Source of the DNA: an uncultured delta proteobacterium
Lineage (GTDB): Bacteria; Desulfobacterota; RBG-13-43-22
Reading direction: 5' to 3'
DNA: 64,000 nucleotides
Assembly (NCBI GenBank): GCA_963802945.1
Contig: CAWDKY010000032.1
Coordinates: 32,001 to 96,000, forward strand
Below the pieces are notes generated by a model. It had not been told where the DNA came from. It did not search any database and worked only from the letters and a program-made list of their open reading frames with translations. This document shows positions 63,167-64,000 of the stretch, piece after piece. How positions within the stretch are numbered: position 1 is the stretch's first letter; every line of letters starts with the position of its first letter. The translations under genes were made by a program, and so were the position numbers.

Positions 63167-64000
63167 TGGCTAAGATGCTCATCATCCCAACAACTGCTCG
63201 AGCGGCCTTAACTAAAAACTTGGGGTTCAGCTTATCCAAGGTATCGTCCGCACTATGCATGTAGGGATTTCTGTAAAAGGAGGTAATGAACACCGCATTA
63301 TAGCCCTTCTCCCAGAAGGATAGTTCATCCCCTCAACCACACTGAGGGCCGATATTTTTTTTGATCCCAATGTCCCCCCCCTTCAAACGGGAATAAATGT
63401 TCTCAACAAACGAGGTATTGGCCGGACGCCCGCCGACCAGTAAAATTTCATTAGGATTTTTAAATCCTGTTTGGACAAAATAAATCGGCTTTTTAATCAT
63501 CTGTTTGGCCAAGTAAAGCCCTTCTCTCAAAAAGCCTGTGCCTTGAGTTTCCCGCCACAAGGCCTTCAAAGAAGGTTGCGTGTATCCGATCGTATCGATG
63601 TTGATGACTCCTTTAATGGAACGACCCTTGGCCGCCAGTTCTTGGGCATAGGCTTGGCTGCCTTTGTGGCCCTGTTCTTCATTGGAAAAAAAGACCCACT
63701 CCACCGTGTTATTACCGGGATTCCCGGCTAAGAATCGAGCCCCTTCCAATAAAACCGCCACCCCTGTGCCGTTGTCGTCGGCCCCGGGGGCCGACCTGTG
63801 GGATTCCCAGCCGGCCGGGTGCGAATCGTAATGGGCGCAGACCACATAAACCGTTTCAGGATCTTTTTTCCCTGAAATGCGGGCCACAACATTTTTCCAT
63901 ATTTTGCCTTCTGCGGTATAAAAGGGGTAGTTTACATCCAAGGTTTTGTACGGTTTGAGTTTATGGTAAAGATAGTCGGCCACTTGATTCTGTTTTTCCC
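63159..64000 (-). CDS. M28 family metallopeptidase-like protein with in-frame TGA at 63333-63335 (candidate selenocysteine); 5' end outside window
   Basis: AHYDS, GADDNGTG, NEE, NID motifs; the same frame continues after TGA as GDELSFWEKGYNAV..NPYMHSADDT to TAA at 63159, overlapping the SDR start. Confidence 0.85.

Noticed and set aside
63333-63335. Alternative genetic code (UGA = Trp or Gly) for the whole genome
   Set aside because: TGA is the evident stop for cheA, cheR, cheB and others, and no other gene shows in-frame TGA

Overview
Bacterial chromosomal DNA using genetic code 11. The gene content and intergenic repeats look like Desulfobacterota/deltaproteobacteria (inference). 1-8.8 kb holds a chemosensory operon (cheY-cheA-mcp-cheW-cheR-cheD-cheB plus a REC-GGDEF cyclase). 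9-20 kb holds housekeeping and signalling genes (ndk, lytic transglycosylase, tRNA thiolase-like gene, vapBC, multi-PAS HD-GYP, rubrerythrin, arfB). 20-37 kb is a patchwork accessory region with gene remnants and miniature palindromic elements. 37-40.4 kb holds larB, prmA, rsmE and tRNA-Phe. 41-50 kb holds acyl-CoA ligases with a Liv-type ABC importer, broken by many single-base indels that are probably assembly errors. 50-57 kb holds a frameshifted acyl carrier protein, an IS30 element and a ketosynthase/chain-length-factor pair. 57-64 kb holds an ABC-F gene, an HNH gene and a putative surface-glycan operon. The most notable observations are: (1) an M28 peptidase with an in-frame TGA in a C-G-(UGA) motif, a SECIS-like hairpin and its last metal ligand downstream of the TGA, making it a candidate selenoprotein; (2) six homologous, co-oriented sigma70 promoter cassettes across 25 kb, each abutting a different cargo module; (3) three of those modules are pieces of an aryl-polyene/dialkylresorcinol-like lipid pathway; (4) MshEN-like motifs in CheA, in an operon that ends in a diguanylate cyclase. 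No database searches were run, so family calls come from motif recognition.
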